Shown in pieces: positions 28,480 to 42,000 of a stretch of DNA of 64,000 nt. Under the pieces are notes generated by a model. It did not search any database, was not told where the DNA came from, and worked only from the letters and a program-made list of their open reading frames with translations. How positions within the stretch are numbered: position 1 is the stretch's first letter; every line of letters begins with the position of its first letter. Made by a program: the position numbers and the translations under genes. This stretch comes from Amoebophrya sp. A120. Lineage: Eukaryota; Protista; Dinoflagellata. The DNA is taken from NCBI GenBank assembly GCA_905178155.1, contig CAJINV010000002.1, forward strand, positions 7,861,650 to 7,925,649. Direction: 5' to 3'.

Positions 28480-31400
28480 CTATGCAGCAAAAATTTCCTT
28501 CACCTTGGTGGCCAGGCCTTCGCAGGTGCCCTTTGCGTCTCCCAAGAGCATTTCCGTGTTGTCCTTGAAGAACACGGGGTTCTCCAAGTCCGCATAGCCG
28601 CCGCCCATGGTGCGCTTCATGAACACCGTCTTTTTCGACTTCCACACCTCGATAACCGGCATGCCCCAGATGCTGCAGCCCTCGATCTCCTGCGCGGCGG
28701 AATTTGTGATGTCGTATCAAATGCAAAAATGTCTGGGTCTGGAACAAAGCAACTTGTCATGCTAAATCTCAATCATGTAAAAATCTGTGTTGCATGATTA
28801 CCAAAAGCTGTTCACTTTTGACCTAATCGCGAGGCAGTTTCTCATGCAGGATAGGCATGATAGAACGCTCACAGAATCTGTCATGCTATGTCCTACATAC
28901 CAGACCTCATGGGTCATGAAAAACCTGCATGACAAGTCTGGCATTCTTCCAGACCCAAACATATTTGCATTTGATATGTCGTTGGCGCCGACAACGAGGG
29001 TAACGTCCACGTCGGTGATGTCCGGGTTGACTTCGTCCATCTCCAGCACGTGGTCGTAGCTCACGCCCGCCTCCGCGAGCAGGACGTTCATCTGCCCCGG
29101 CATGCGGCCGGCCACCGGGTGGATGCCGAATTCCACGTGCACGCCATTGTCGATCAACGCGTTTGCCAAGTCCGCGCACGCGTTCTGTGCCCGGCTGACC
29201 GCCATCCCGTAGCCTGGAACGATCAGAACTTTCTGCGCGGTTGCCAGAGCGTTCGCCGTCGCTTCAATGTTGGTTTCCACGTGCTCCTTTGGCGTGTCGT
29301 CGCCCGCGGCCGCGGGCGCGGCGACGTTCATGCCACCGAAGAGGACGTTCATGATGTCGCGGTTCATCGCGTCGCACATAATCTTCGTCAAAATACCACC
29401 GGAGAAACCAATCAGGGACCCAACCACGGTGAGAATCGGGGAATTCAGCAGAAATCCCTCGGCGACCAGCGCCCACCCGGAATAACTGTGTGTGGGCGAG
29501 GAAGAGATATAAATTTGTGGGATTTTTTCGAAAGGTATTTTGCTTGGATACACGCATGAAGAACGTTTAGATTTCTCAGTATCGCAAGCCAAGGAAAATC
29601 TGCACAAAATGAAAACAAAAAAGATGCAACTCATTGTCAGTTCTTTTAAGTACGAGTTCAGAACGGTGATGCACACTGGCATATCCGCTCCGCCGACGCT
29701 ACCGACCAAGTGGTATCCCATTACGTTCGACAAAACCGCAGTCAGCCACAGGTCCATCACTCCTCCGCCCGAGCTCAAGAAGTGCGCGCCGATCAGCCCC
29801 TGCAGCCCGAGCCCGCCCAGGTTCAACAGATTCTTGTTGGGCAGGTTCAGGGGTTTGGAATCCAGTCTGCCGTCCAGCTTCGCGAAGGCGACGATGGACC
29901 CGGTGAGCGTGACGCCCCCGATGAAATCCCCGAGCAGGGCACTGGTGTTGTGCATGGTCGCGCCCGCGACAGGATGGGCCGCGAAGGACCCAATGGACGC
30001 AAACATTGCCGCCGCACCGACCAAACTGTGGAACGCAGCCACGGTCTGCGGGAGCTGGATCGGGGAGACCATATTGGCCACGTGGTACCCACCGGCGCCC
30101 CCGGCACCGAGGAGGGCGAGGGCCGGGACCGTGTACCCCGGCTCGACGCCTGATAGGTTGGTTATCGTTATGGATCTTCTTCAATTCACGACATCACTAT
30201 ACTGCATGCAATCATTGACATTACGTCGACATCAAGTTCGGCAAAAAAAAAATGTGAAAACGATGAAATAAGTGTAGTGAGTACTCATCAGCGTGGTTGT
30301 GACCGCTCCGGCGATTCCGCACATGCCCAGCTTGCAGCCCATTTATCCAGTGGAAAAACGTCCCCACCCCATAGTCAACATGGGGACTCGGCTAGACAAA
30401 TCCACAAGCTTTGGCTCTTTTGCATGACAAATTTGGACTCGTAGTGTAGTGCTATTTGAGCTAGCCCAGCAGCATCACAGACATAGTGTATCAAGCTGAT
30501 TGGAGCATGACACATTTCAAAACACGACTGAAGCATGCTTCTCATGGGGCTCCGCATGAGAAGCTTTTTCTGCATGCAGATTTGCATGACAACTCTGGGG
30601 TGGGGACGTTTTTACACAGGATACCATGTCCGCAGTGGTCATCTTCGACAACCCGCCAATGGCGCCGATGCACATGAGCCCGCACACCGTGTTCGTCGGC
30701 TCGATCAGGTCCGCTCCGCCTACCAGCGGCGCGGCCACGACCATCCCGCCCGGTATTGCGAGCAAATTCGAGTGGTCCACGTCGCCGGGGCGCTTGAACA
30801 GATCCAGCATCTTCTTCGTGACCAGAAACCCACCGACAATGTTGACCGCGGAGATGCTCGTCGCGGTTGCGGCGAGCAGGTCCACCCCAACCCCGCCCTT
30901 CCCCAGCAGCATCATGCCGCCCAGCGCGGTGGCACCGGAGATCGCGTTGGTGACGGACATCAACGGGGTGTGTAACGCGTGCGCGACGCCCATGACGACC
31001 TGGTACCCCGCGGCGCCCGCGAGCGTGAAGGAGTTCAACAGACTGGGCGGAACGCCGGTCCCGATCGCCATCACAGTGGCGCCACCGGCCGCAATCATCT
31101 GGCTCGTTTGCATCATCTCTTTTTTCGGGTCAACTTTCTCGACTTCCTTCGCCTCTACCGTCTTCGGCTTGGAGACCGGCGTCGGCTGTGGGGGCGGCGG
31201 CATCTCCAGCTCCTTACCTGCAGATATGGAATTTTGGTTTTGCATAGCTCACTTTTTTTTTTCCATTACAGATTTGCAGCTCCATAAACTACTGAAAACT
31301 GTTTCTCATGTGGGCCTAGCACCTGACACGTAAGAGGATGCAACCTCGCAGCACATTTGGTTAAAACTACCGTCTCTGCAGGTGACCATGCTTCGCACGA

Positions 31401-32895
31401 TGATATCTCCGTCGTCTCCGGCCTTCAGCGCCGCGTCTACCGCTGGCACGAAGCCCTCGGCCTTCTCCTTGCCGTGCACGTGCGAGATAAAATTGTACAT
31501 GTTCTGTGCGTACATCGAACTGGCGATGTGCCCCATACGGGCTGGGAGATCGTCGTAGCCAATGATGGTAACACCGTTGTCCGTGACGACAGTGGTGCCC
31601 GGTTTGGTCATAGTACAGTTCCCCCCCCCGGCGGCCGCCAAATCAACGATTACCGACCCCGGCTTCATGGCTTGCACCATGTTGTCTGGATTTTCGTTTG
31701 TTTGGGAGCAATAGGTCGTTGATGTGTCAAACTGAAGCTTCATCGTTTAGCCTGATGCTGATCATGTTTCATCTGCATTTGTAAAATTTTCAACACGTTC
31801 TGTCTTTAGTGCTAGGACAGAGCGGGTGTTGTACAGGTATTCCAAATACCTTCGATCAACTTTGGACTGGGCCGTCCGGGAATCGCGGCCGTTGTGATCA
31901 CAATGTCGCATTCCTTGCAGTGCTTCGCAAAGGTTTCCTTCTGCGCCTTCAAAAACTCCGGACTGGACTCCTTCGCATATCCGCCCGCGCCCGCGCCATC
32001 TTCCTTAAAGTCCACGGTGACCCACTTTGCGCCCATACTCTGCACCTGGTCGCTGACGTCCCGCACGTCCCACGCCCGCACCTGGGAACCTAAAGCCTTC
32101 GAGGTTCCCATGGCCGCGAGCCCGGCGACGCCGACACCCAGCACGAAGGTGTTACTCGGCGGGTACTTCCCCGCGGCGGTCACCTCGGGACTGTGGAACT
32201 TTTCAAACGCGTACGCCCCCTCGATCACCGCCCGGTGCCCGGCAACCTTGGCCTGCGAGGAGAGGACATCCAGCTTCTGTGCGATGGTGATCCGCGGCGC
32301 CGCCGTGGTGTCCACGAGGGTGCAGCCGGCCTTCGCGGCCGCGGCAACTTTCGCTTTACCGGCAGGCAGCATGCGGCCAACCTAGGAGCATTTGAGGTGC
32401 GAGGTACGACACTTTAATATTTCATGCGAAGATTCTTACAACAAGCATGAACAAGAATTGCAGATACAACAGCAGCCGCGTCGCGGTCGCCTTCTGGAAA
32501 TTATAGATAAGTACCCAGTTGACGAGCATTTTGTCCTTGAACTTCGTCAGTTCCTTGTCCTCCGGTGGGTGCAGGCCAAAAATCAACTTGGAGGAGGCAA
32601 TCATCTTGTCCCGCGCTAGGACCTCGCACCCCGCGTCCTTAAACGCTTGGTCAGAAAAACCCGATTTCGCCCCCGCGTTGGTTTCCACCGTGACCTTGTA
32701 TCCGTCCTTGATGAATTTCTGCGCCACGGCGGGTACCATGGTCACGCGGCGTTCCTTCCCGGCTTCCTTCAGCACACCTATGTTGAGGTTGCGTCGCTGC
32801 TGCCTCTGGTTGTTGCAAACCCTGGAGGTGGAGGAAGACGTGCCGCCCCGGGCAGCAGCAAAGCTGCCGCTCGACTTCGCCGCGAAAACGCGCAT
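28480..32895 (-). CDS. NNT: Proton-translocating NAD(P) transhydrogenase, fused alpha-beta, with N-terminal presequence; 5 GT-AG introns (32382-32514, 31686-31849, 31218-31370, 30150-30284, 29486-29653) plus 2 introners
   Basis: Conserved motifs [71 protein letters not shown]|[17 protein letters not shown]. Confidence 0.96.
28715..28976. mobile_element. Introner/MITE family A (262 bp), TSD TGTCG, in the NADP(H)-binding domain of NNT
   Basis: tatcaaatgcaaaaatgtctgggtctggaa ... ttccagacccaaacatatttgcatttgata. Removal restores [11 protein letters not shown]. Confidence 0.95.
30344..30623. mobile_element. Introner/MITE family C (280 bp), TSD CCATT/CCATG, in NNT
   Basis: tatccagtggaaaaacgtccccacccca ... 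tggggtggggacgtttttacacaggata. Removal restores [22 protein letters not shown]. Confidence 0.9.
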
Positions 32896-33430
32896 CTTGA
32901 GGGGACGCGGCTGGGAAACCTCTTACATGAAATTTTGTGTTTTCGTCTCTCGGTAAAAGTAAATTGCCTATTGGTCAGCAAAAAGAACAACGGTCATTTT
33001 TCTGCCCGTGAAAAGAAGAAACGTCGGTCATTTATCCTTCTCATCGTCTGCAGGCATCAAGAGTAAAAGCCGATAGCGCGCCCGTTCGGAACTAGATTGT
33101 GGCGTTGAACAACTTGGGTCCAAAAAAAAAAATTTGCAGTTCTGGCACCAGAGTGGCAGACAAGAGAGCTACAACTTCTCGATAACAAAGCCACGACAGA
33201 AGAAACCAGTTTCCGGGGTCCTCTTCTATCTGTTCCATTCGACCAAGGGATTCGTGGACCTTGGCTGCCCGGTCCGCGAACACCAGAAGAAGCAACAGCA
33301 AGAAGCCGATGCCGGTGCTGCTATAACATCAACAGCATTGCTCTTGTTTACTGCTGTACTATGCAGATTCCATACTTACGCGTGAGACAAAGCGATCTCG
33401 GCGAAGGGAGAAGAAGATAAATTCTGTCTC

Positions 33431-35004
33431 CTACATGTTTTCAATCATGAACGACATGTGTGGATCGTGGATGTCTTTCGTGATACTGCGCCTCCGCAGC
33501 GTTTCCCCCACGCCGCCCTCCAGATCGTCTTCGCCACTGGACCAGACACCGGAACTGAGCGAAGAGGAACTGCTTTCCTTGATCGCGCTCTGTAGCACAT
33601 TTTTCCTTCGCTCGTATTCCTGAGCCGAAATTGCGTGCTTTTCCGCGATGGAGATCCTAGACAGGTCGTCCGGGGAGGAACTACTCAGCCCGCGGTCCGC
33701 TCCCGACAGGAGGCTAGTTGCAGTAGACTCTGCGGGAACATTAGGCGCACCTGCGGCCGTAGTGCCCCCGCCCCCGAGTTTGGTTGTTGTGGTCCCGGAG
33801 ACCAGGGCGCGCGCCGCGTCGTGCAAGGGGAAGGCTTTGAAGAACCAAACCAGCGCGGCAACCAGCGGGAACCAGTCGGCGTGCGACCCCAGGTTGTCCC
33901 TCCAAGTGTCCTTTTTGCGCATGCGACTGTCCTTGTACAGGTACTGCATGGATTCGTAGAGGGAATTGGTCAGGGGGTACTTCATGTGGTACTGGTACAG
34001 CACCGTGCCCCAACAGACGGCCGCCCAGAGGCGGCGGATGACGGTGCGCTGGAAGGACGTGGTTTTGAAGAGCAGCACATTCTTGCTGTTGCTGCTTCCC
34101 GCGCACCGCTTCACGAAGGCGACCAGGACGCGGGACATGATGTACATGTTCATCAGGTCGTGGAACCCAGATTTGTATCAAATGTAAAAATGTCTGGGTC
34201 TGGAAACTTGTGATGCTAAAATGTGCATGATGAAGACACTTCCGAATGCAGTCCGGCATGACAACTTCCCAAAACTCTTTCTCATAGGCAATCCGCATGA
34301 GAAACTGCGTTTTTGCATGACGATGGAGGCTGCGACTTTTGTTGGTTATGCAATACAGATTTTCTAGGTATGGAAAGCTAGCATTACAAGTTCCAACCTT
34401 CCAGACCCAGACATTTTTACAATCCATAATTTGCTGCCCCAAACGATACCGCCCGACAAAAAGCCCGACACGAACCAGTGCCACGGGCGCTCGAAATTCC
34501 CCGGCGTTATCCTGTCAGTCGGTTTGGATTTCGTTCTGCTCTGAACAAGTCACAAAGAGTGAGGAATTTGCACCGGTAAAAAGTAAGTATCTAGAAGCTG
34601 TTTATTGAGTTCATCACATTTTGATTTTTAGGTTTAACAGGTACAACAAATACGCCGCCAAATACTACAAACACCCTCCGTCCTTACCTTCTCAACAGAA
34701 AGAGCCAGGTCTTCGCGAGCGCGACGTTTAGGCCGAGCGAGCTTCCGTGGTCGAAGGCTGCGTTGGTGATGGTGTTAATGAAAAACGCCGGCGTGAGTAC
34801 CTTGTTTTCACTGGCGAACAGCCACGTCTTCACTAACGCGTCCACCACGCGTATCCTGGTTCCGTAGAGGATCCCGTGGAAAAACCCGTTGCGGATAGTT
34901 CGCGTGTTGTCGTGGGGAAAGTAGTACTGGGCATACCGCGACGGGGTCACCTGCCGCAACAGCGAGGCGCTCGGGTTGTCGTCGTCCATCATAGGGACGT
35001 TCAT
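33431..35004 (-). CDS. PXMP4: Peroxisomal membrane protein 4 (PXMP4/PMP24); GT-AG intron 34512-34687 plus introner
   Basis: RNGFFHGILYGTRIR..LVKTWLF, GGIVWGSK|SGFHDLMNMYIMSRVL, WAAVCWGTVL and SLYESMQYLYKDS match the PXMP4 pattern. Confidence 0.8.
34176..34428. mobile_element. Introner/MITE family A (253 bp), TSD ATTTG
   Basis: tatcaaatgtaaaaatgtctgggtctggaa ... ttccagacccagacatttttacaatccata; ATTTG at 34171-75 and 34429-33. Confidence 0.93.
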
Positions 35005-36219
35005 TGTGGGCAGCTGCACGAACAACAAGTTGTTAGTACTTACACCGCCTCTGGTATTTTGCTCGCGAGGAACAAAAATCTGTCCCCGCCGAAGAGCACT
35101 TTACGCGGTCACCCGCAAATTCCGAATTTTATCCACGACACATAGCGAATTGAAAAATTTGTTCTTCCATCATGTTCCGAGCACCAAAAGGCAGCTCCCG
35201 CTTGTCCTCTGTGCAGCAAAAAATTGCGACATCCGTCGCGGTGGATCGCGGTGGCCCCGCCTCGATCCGTCTACCTAACGCGACTGCCCGATAAGGCAGT
35301 AAAACTCATTGCAGAGAGGCAAAATGCATGTCATGGCTCCAGATCATCAAGTGCGACTCCTTGATCTGCTGAGAGGGTTGATCATCCTGATGAACATTCT
35401 GGCACAAGAGGACCACAAGGACCCGGGCGCTGTCTGGCGTCTCTTCGAAAATGCAAAAAACTTTGGCAATACTTATCCGATCCAACTCCGTGTTGAAGTG
35501 AACAACGGCACGAATTGCCTGTCAATGTCCAGAAAAATCCAGCAGCACTCTTTAAGTCCTCGGTGCGAATTTGCGATGTGCTTTTACATTTTTCTTCCTG
35601 TCACGGCGCTACTGGAAGCAGTGATCTTTGTGCATTTGCACAGAATATGCAGCCGGAATTTGTCTTCCTTCGAGGAAATCATTCCACCACTAATATTGCG
35701 TCGCAAATTTTCACTTCTGTGCTCGATCCATTCGTAGCCCCCCTATGACATAGACACTTTTTCTCGTGCAGCAGCAAACTTTGACAACCACAAGCGTACT
35801 GTTGAAAGTCCATAAGGTCTGAAGTAAAAAAGATGCGGATTAAGCCACTTTCAAAAAAAAACCAATTTGTCATACGTCTACACACGAGTAGAATACTTAC
35901 TGCGAACAATTACGCTACAATTTGCATACTCACTTTTTTGTGGCTTGGCAGAGCAGCAGCAGTAGCACAAAAAATTTTACATGTGTAAAAAGGGGTGAGT
36001 GGACGTGTTTACTTTTCGTCTTTGTAGACTTTCCACCCAGAACCAACTAAATCATACACGTATCTGTAGGTAAAAAACTAAAAAAATCTAAACGAAGAAC
36101 CCTAGGACCAGTAACTAAGTATACTTCTCTCCGGCTGACAGCATTTTAATTTGTAGTGCCTTATGTTCTTAATAAGTACTTACTACTATCTTGTCAACAC
36201 GCATGAAGAGTGGACAAAT

Positions 36220-37014
36220 GTTCCATAGATCAACGATGCGAGGAAGATCACTCAGAAAACAAAAGTATCTTGTCTTTTGGTCTTTTTTGTCTACTCCTGT
36301 AGGCCTCACGCATTCACGCTATTAATTTCTATACTTTTACGACTTACATGCTGAGTGCGCGCACAGATAGCAAGGCGCCCTGTTTCTGGGATACCTGGGA
36401 GCCTTATCCTCCCTTGCTGGGTACAAGCGATTTCGCCCGTATGTGGTCCGCCTCGGTGGACTGAAAAAAGCGATCGATGAACGGATACATTGGAAAAATT
36501 CGCACTGTCCAAAAGATTAATAGATTGTAGCTGATGCATTGCCACCCGGGGGGAGGCGAAAGTTTCAAAAGCGGCACTATTCATACCTGATAAAGCACCA
36601 GGGGTGATAGCAAGTAGTGTTGCGTGGATCTTCGAATGTTTTGGCGTCCGCGCACTTGTCGGCTGCGATGGCACATTCCGCTTTGGTGCCGGATTTTCAT
36701 TATCGACTGCAAATAAACCAATTAGGGAAAGCGCCAGTGAAGGAGTCCGCGCGACGACGCAGGCTCAGCCCCTTTTCCATTACTCTAGAGGGACAAACAA
36801 GATGATGAGCATCAACATGTTGTACCGAGTCCAAGACACTATAAAGTCAATACAGACAATATGTAGTACCGGCTGTCGCAGTTCCGGCTGACGCAGCTAT
36901 TACTCGGTAACTTCGCCTCTGCCGTGTTGCCGCCAACAAACCCGGAGGGTTCCATAGATCAACGATGCGAGGAAGATCACTCAGAAAGCGCGCTTAGATC
37001 AACGATGCGAGGAA
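36220..37014. repeat. 39-bp exact direct repeat (36220-36258, 36949-36987) plus a 20-bp third copy (36995-37014)
   Basis: gttccatagatcaacgatgcgaggaagatcactcagaaa occurs twice; tagatcaacgatgcgaggaa occurs a third time. Confidence 0.85.
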
Positions 37015-37594
37015 CTTGCTTGCGTGGCCGCCCGTGTCGCAGCGCCTCCTAAAGTAACCCGACTGGCTAAACCCGGGACACCAGACACGACCACAGGTAT
37101 GATCAAATAAAATAACCTAAGCTAAAAATAATGATTCATATTTGATAAAGAGCCTAAGTTGTAATTAAAAATGAATGAATAAAACTCTGACGATTTTTTA
37201 GTTTTAGATTTTCCCAGTCGGTGCTGGGGTTGGACAGATATTTTATTATAAACATAGGAATGCGCAGATACTGGTGCCAATGCACTTTGCGCAACAAGAA
37301 CTACTCGCGCTTCGTCTCCAACTCCATCTTCTTTGGTATATTAAAACAAAAGGACGACGATGACCTGGTCGGTCTCAGGCTGTTTCTTTTCAGATGAAAC
37401 CTCCTTTCGACTTACGATACCAATACGTCCTGCTCCACAACCAGCCAGCAACAGCATCTTCCGTCAGACAACTACGATAAGGCGCAACGATATTAAGGAG
37501 CGCTGGGAGATGATGTCCGTCGGATGTTGACGAGGAAATGACGGGCCGTTTCGTTCATCATGGACACAACTTCAAATCGTCGTGACGAACTGAT

Positions 37595-37862
37595 TATGAA
37601 ATGCAAACATGTAGTCTCGGTCTGGAACTTGTGATGCGCGGAAGGGAATACCTAGCGCGCACACTGCATATGCGATGCAAAGCATGACAAGTTTTCCCGC
37701 GGTTCTGAGTTGTGTACTTACTCCGGATGAGAAACTGCGTTTTTGCATGACAGGCCAGGGGGGCTCTTTGCGGCCACGCAATACAGAGTTCGGAGCCATG
37801 CCAGACTAGCGCGACAAGTGAGTCTCGCAATGTCCCAGACCCAGACATAATTGCATTTGATA
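37595..37862. mobile_element. Degenerate family A element (268 bp), TSD eroded, not in a recognised CDS
   Basis: tatgaaatgcaaacatgtagtctcggtctggaa ... cccagacccagacataattgcatttgata. Interior shares atgagaaactgcgtttttgcatgac with 34176-34428. Confidence 0.8.
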
Positions 37863-39010
37863 CTACCTATGATGACTACAGCTGTTGGAGACACAACTAA
37901 ATACTACGCGCGACTCTCCTTCGAGACTCACACATCCGTCGTTTTCGGCCTCTGAGGGCGCCACCCTTCGCGACGTTCCTCCTGCGTGTTCCTGCTCAGC
38001 AGTTGCAAAAGTGTAGGTCGTCAAGAGATGGCGCAGGTACTCTGCCCTACGCTTGTTACGGCATCTGCATCCGGTGCAGGCGTAGGTGCAGGTGAAGGCG
38101 GCTCACCTTCCACGTGTTCCAGAACCGCTTGAAAGGTAGAGGAGGGCAGCACCAGTTGCAATTCATCTTTCAGGCTTTTCAGCATCTCCGCAACAAGATC
38201 GGGGAAACGCCGGGAGGGAAGGAGTATTGCGCTCTATCCAACAAAACAACTGTGGCTCGCCAGAAAATTTCAAAATTTACAAATCAATGTGCGAAGAACT
38301 CAAAAAAATGCAAGGCAAGGCACCGCAATCCGCCAAAATGAGCGATCGTCGTGCTGGTCGTACCGTCGCAGCTTGTTCAGAATTAATCTCACATATCATC
38401 AGGGCAAGTACTTTAAGTACTTGCCCTTATGAGCACAGTTATGAGCTTGTTCAGAACAGTTAGTTTTCTAATAGCAAACTAACTGTTCTCGCAAATTCCG
38501 AAAACTTGGTGGATACACTTGCATGTAAGGCCGCTGGCATGTGCTGCTGCTCACTTAAAAGAAATCTTGCATCAGCGGCCTTTTTTGTTTTCTTGGATAA
38601 TAAGCCCGCGCGGTCAACTTCAGCCATTTTCAAAAGGGTTCCAAATTATGCATTGCAAATGCAATAGTATCTGGCTCTGGAGAAGTGGAGCTCCTTAGGT
38701 GTGGTAGGCGCGCGCCTGTTTTGCGTTGCTGGAAAATCTGTAGTGCGTGACCCGAAAATAAATGGGTGGGTGAATGCGTGGCGCCGCGTGACATACCTCA
38801 TCAGTAATAGATCCGATCGGCCTGCTTGCTTCGACGCCATTTGGCCAGCACGAGCGCCCACCAAGCATGCAGATTTGAGAGAGAGAGAGAGAGAGTTAGT
38901 GATGCAAAACCATGATTATCCGGCGCCGGCCCCGGCCCGGGGCCCGGCCTCCTGCAGGGGTGATTCAGTTGCTTCGGTTACCCATACCTTCGAAAGCGCA
39001 CACTCTCTAG

Positions 39011-42000
39011 CTATTCGTCATGCAGTATTACCGCTTGCAATAATGAGAATTCCGTACTAGAAAGCGTTCGAAACGCTTGCCGGCGTGCTTGGGTACGAAT
39101 AAATGTATATGTGTCAGCAGTCCCACATCCAGAATGTCCAGACGACAAGAAAGATACTACATTTGCAATGCATATCACTTCCTCTGCAATTTTGTTCTTG
39201 CTCGCTTCGCCCTGAAATTGTTCTGCCTCCGCCGCCCTGAAATACAGGGCATAAAGTTTCAGGACAACGCGGTAGGTGCTCGGAGTCGGCTCCAAATTTT
39301 CTGAACGGATTTCCTCCAGCATGTCCTCGGCGTCTTTGATCCGCCTTGCTACGTCGCTAAAAGATGAAGCGTCGCTTGCTTTTTCGAGATATCGGCTGAT
39401 CAACGCGTAGTACGTGAGAGCATCGTGATCCACGTTGTATTTTAGCATCGAATCCAGAACCCACTTAACCCCCTCTTCTGTTTTCGAAGCGGGCATCCGG
39501 GGCGTTCTTCTGCTTCGGGTCCTGTCTTGCTCTTGATTCTGATAGTTGGTGCCGCAGTACGCAAACAAGAACTTGTTATACGTTTCTACCTTGGGGGGTC
39601 CTACGTGTGTTGTACCGCCAGGCTGCTGCTCCTGCGCCATCTGCTCATGCATCATTTCGAGAACCCTCCGTGCGCTATCGGTATCGTCCGCGTTTAGGTA
39701 ACGCACAACCAGTTCTTCCGCAATCCCAAATGTGAACTTGTCTGGCGTCCCCACTGCCCGCAACATCTGTCCCAGGATCCGTCTTTGCTCTTCTTTCGGG
39801 ACACTTTTGGGCGGGTTGCGATGCTCGCGTCTAGTTCTAGGCCTGCTATAGAGGCGTAGGAGGTTGTAGAGATGCTCCCTACTGTCTCTGGTGGTGGCGT
39901 CCATTGCTTCCAGATGCGCAACGAGCAGACCGAGCCGCGCGTTATCCCTACAAAACCACGGACCAGTCCCTGCCTGCTGCGTAAGTAGGAGGTTGTCGTA
40001 AAAGGCCAGGTCGACCGGTGCGCCGCTACTCATCGAACTTCCCTTATTGTTCCCCTTGCCGCCATCGCTGCTGCTTCTGGGCCACCAACCAGACCGCAAC
40101 TGCACTGTCCCCAGCTTTGCTGCCACCTCAATATCGCATGCAAATGTGTCTGGGTCGGGAAAACTCTGATACGCATTTTTTTTAAGATCGCGGCCACGGA
40201 AAGATCTGTCATGCTTGGGCAGTAAAAGTTGCTCTTCTTGTTGTTACCAAGAGAAGTTAGTTATTTGTCACGCAGTGGCCTAGGCATTTAAGAAACAGTC
40301 TCAAGAAGAACAGCTGTGGGCGTGGTTCCAGGGCTTTGCGTGGCAGATCATCTTCTGGGCCACGGAGACACTGCATCACAGGCTTCAGCAATCTTCCAGA
40401 CCCAGACACATTTGGATTTGATACTCCATTTCGCGGAGCAGCTCCCTGGCCTGCTCTGTCCTGCCCGTCCTAGCATACTGTTGCAAAATAATACGGAAGG
40501 TAGCAACGCTAGGCATCACATTTGCGTCCTGTTCCATCAAGTCCAGCACGCGGCTAATGCCGTCGCGGATAATGTCGCCACGCTTTTCGTTGTCGCCTTC
40601 CGCGTCAGCCGCATGACCGTGCGCATCCAACAGCGCGTGGTAGGTGGCGACATTCGGCGCAATGCCTTCCACTATCATCATTTGAAACTCATCATATGCG
40701 CCCCGAACGTTGCCGCTCGTAGCGCAGGCACCAACTAGCGCGTTGTAGGTGGCGACATTCGGCGCCACGTCTGCGCTCTTCATCATTTGAAATACACAGC
40801 GCGCACCCAGTTCGTCGCGATTGCGGGCGTAGGCCTGTATAAGAACGTTGTAGGTGGCTACATCCGGCGCCACGCCTTCCGCTGCCATCATTTTAAACGC
40901 ACGGCATGCACCCGGAACGTCGCCCTTCTTAGCGTAGGCATCCACTAGCGCGTTGTAGGTGAAGACATTCGGCGCCACGCCTTCCGCTCTCATCTTTGGA
41001 AGCACATCGCATGCGCCCGGAACGTTGCCACTCTTGGCGCAGGCACCAACTAGCGTGTTGTAGGTGACCACATCCGGCGCCACGTCTGCGCTTCTCATCA
41101 TTTGAAATACACGGCGCGCACCCAGTTCGTCGCGATTGCGGGCGTAGGCCTGTATCAGAACGTTGTAGGTGCCGACATTCGGCGCTACGCCTTCGGCTAT
41201 CATCCTTTTAAACACATCCCATGCGCCCGGAACGTCGCCACTCTTAGCGAAGGCATCCACTAGCGCGGTGTAGGTTAAGGCGTTCGGCGTCAGACCTGCG
41301 GCTCTCATCATTGGAAGCACACTGTATGCGCCCGGGGCGTCGCCATTCCGAGCGTGAGCTCCTATGAGCATGGTGTAGGTGGCGACATCCGGCTCCAGGC
41401 CTGCGTCTTTCATCTTTTGAAACACACGGAATGCGCCCAGAACGTCGCCCCTCTTGGCGTAGGCATCCAGCACCGCACCGTAGGTGGCGACATCCGGCGG
41501 CGCGTTGTCCTTCGTCATCCTTGTCAGGATAGCCTCGGCGCCCTCCAGATCGCTAATATTCAGATATCCTCTCCGCAGCGTGTTGTAGGTGACGACATTC
41601 CGCGGCACGTGGTCGCGCTTCATCCTCTGCAGGACATCTTCTGCGCCCTCGAGATTGCCAACCTTCACATAGCCGCTCAACAACGTGTTGTAGGTGACGA
41701 CATTCCGCGGCACGTGGTCGCGCTTCATCCTCCGCAGGACATCTTCTGCGCCCTCGAGATTGCCAGCCTTCCCATAGCCGCTCAACAACGTGCTGTAGGT
41801 GACGACATTCGGCGCAACTTTGTTCTCGTCGGCCTTCATCCTCGTCAGGATAGCTTCTGCGCCCTCCAGATCGCCAGCCTCCACATAGCCGCTCAGCAGC
41901 GTGTTATAGGTGACGACATTCGGCGCCTCTTTGATCTCTACCATCATCCTCGACAGGATAGCTTCTGCGCGCTTTAGATTGGACCTGCCAGCCTTCACAT

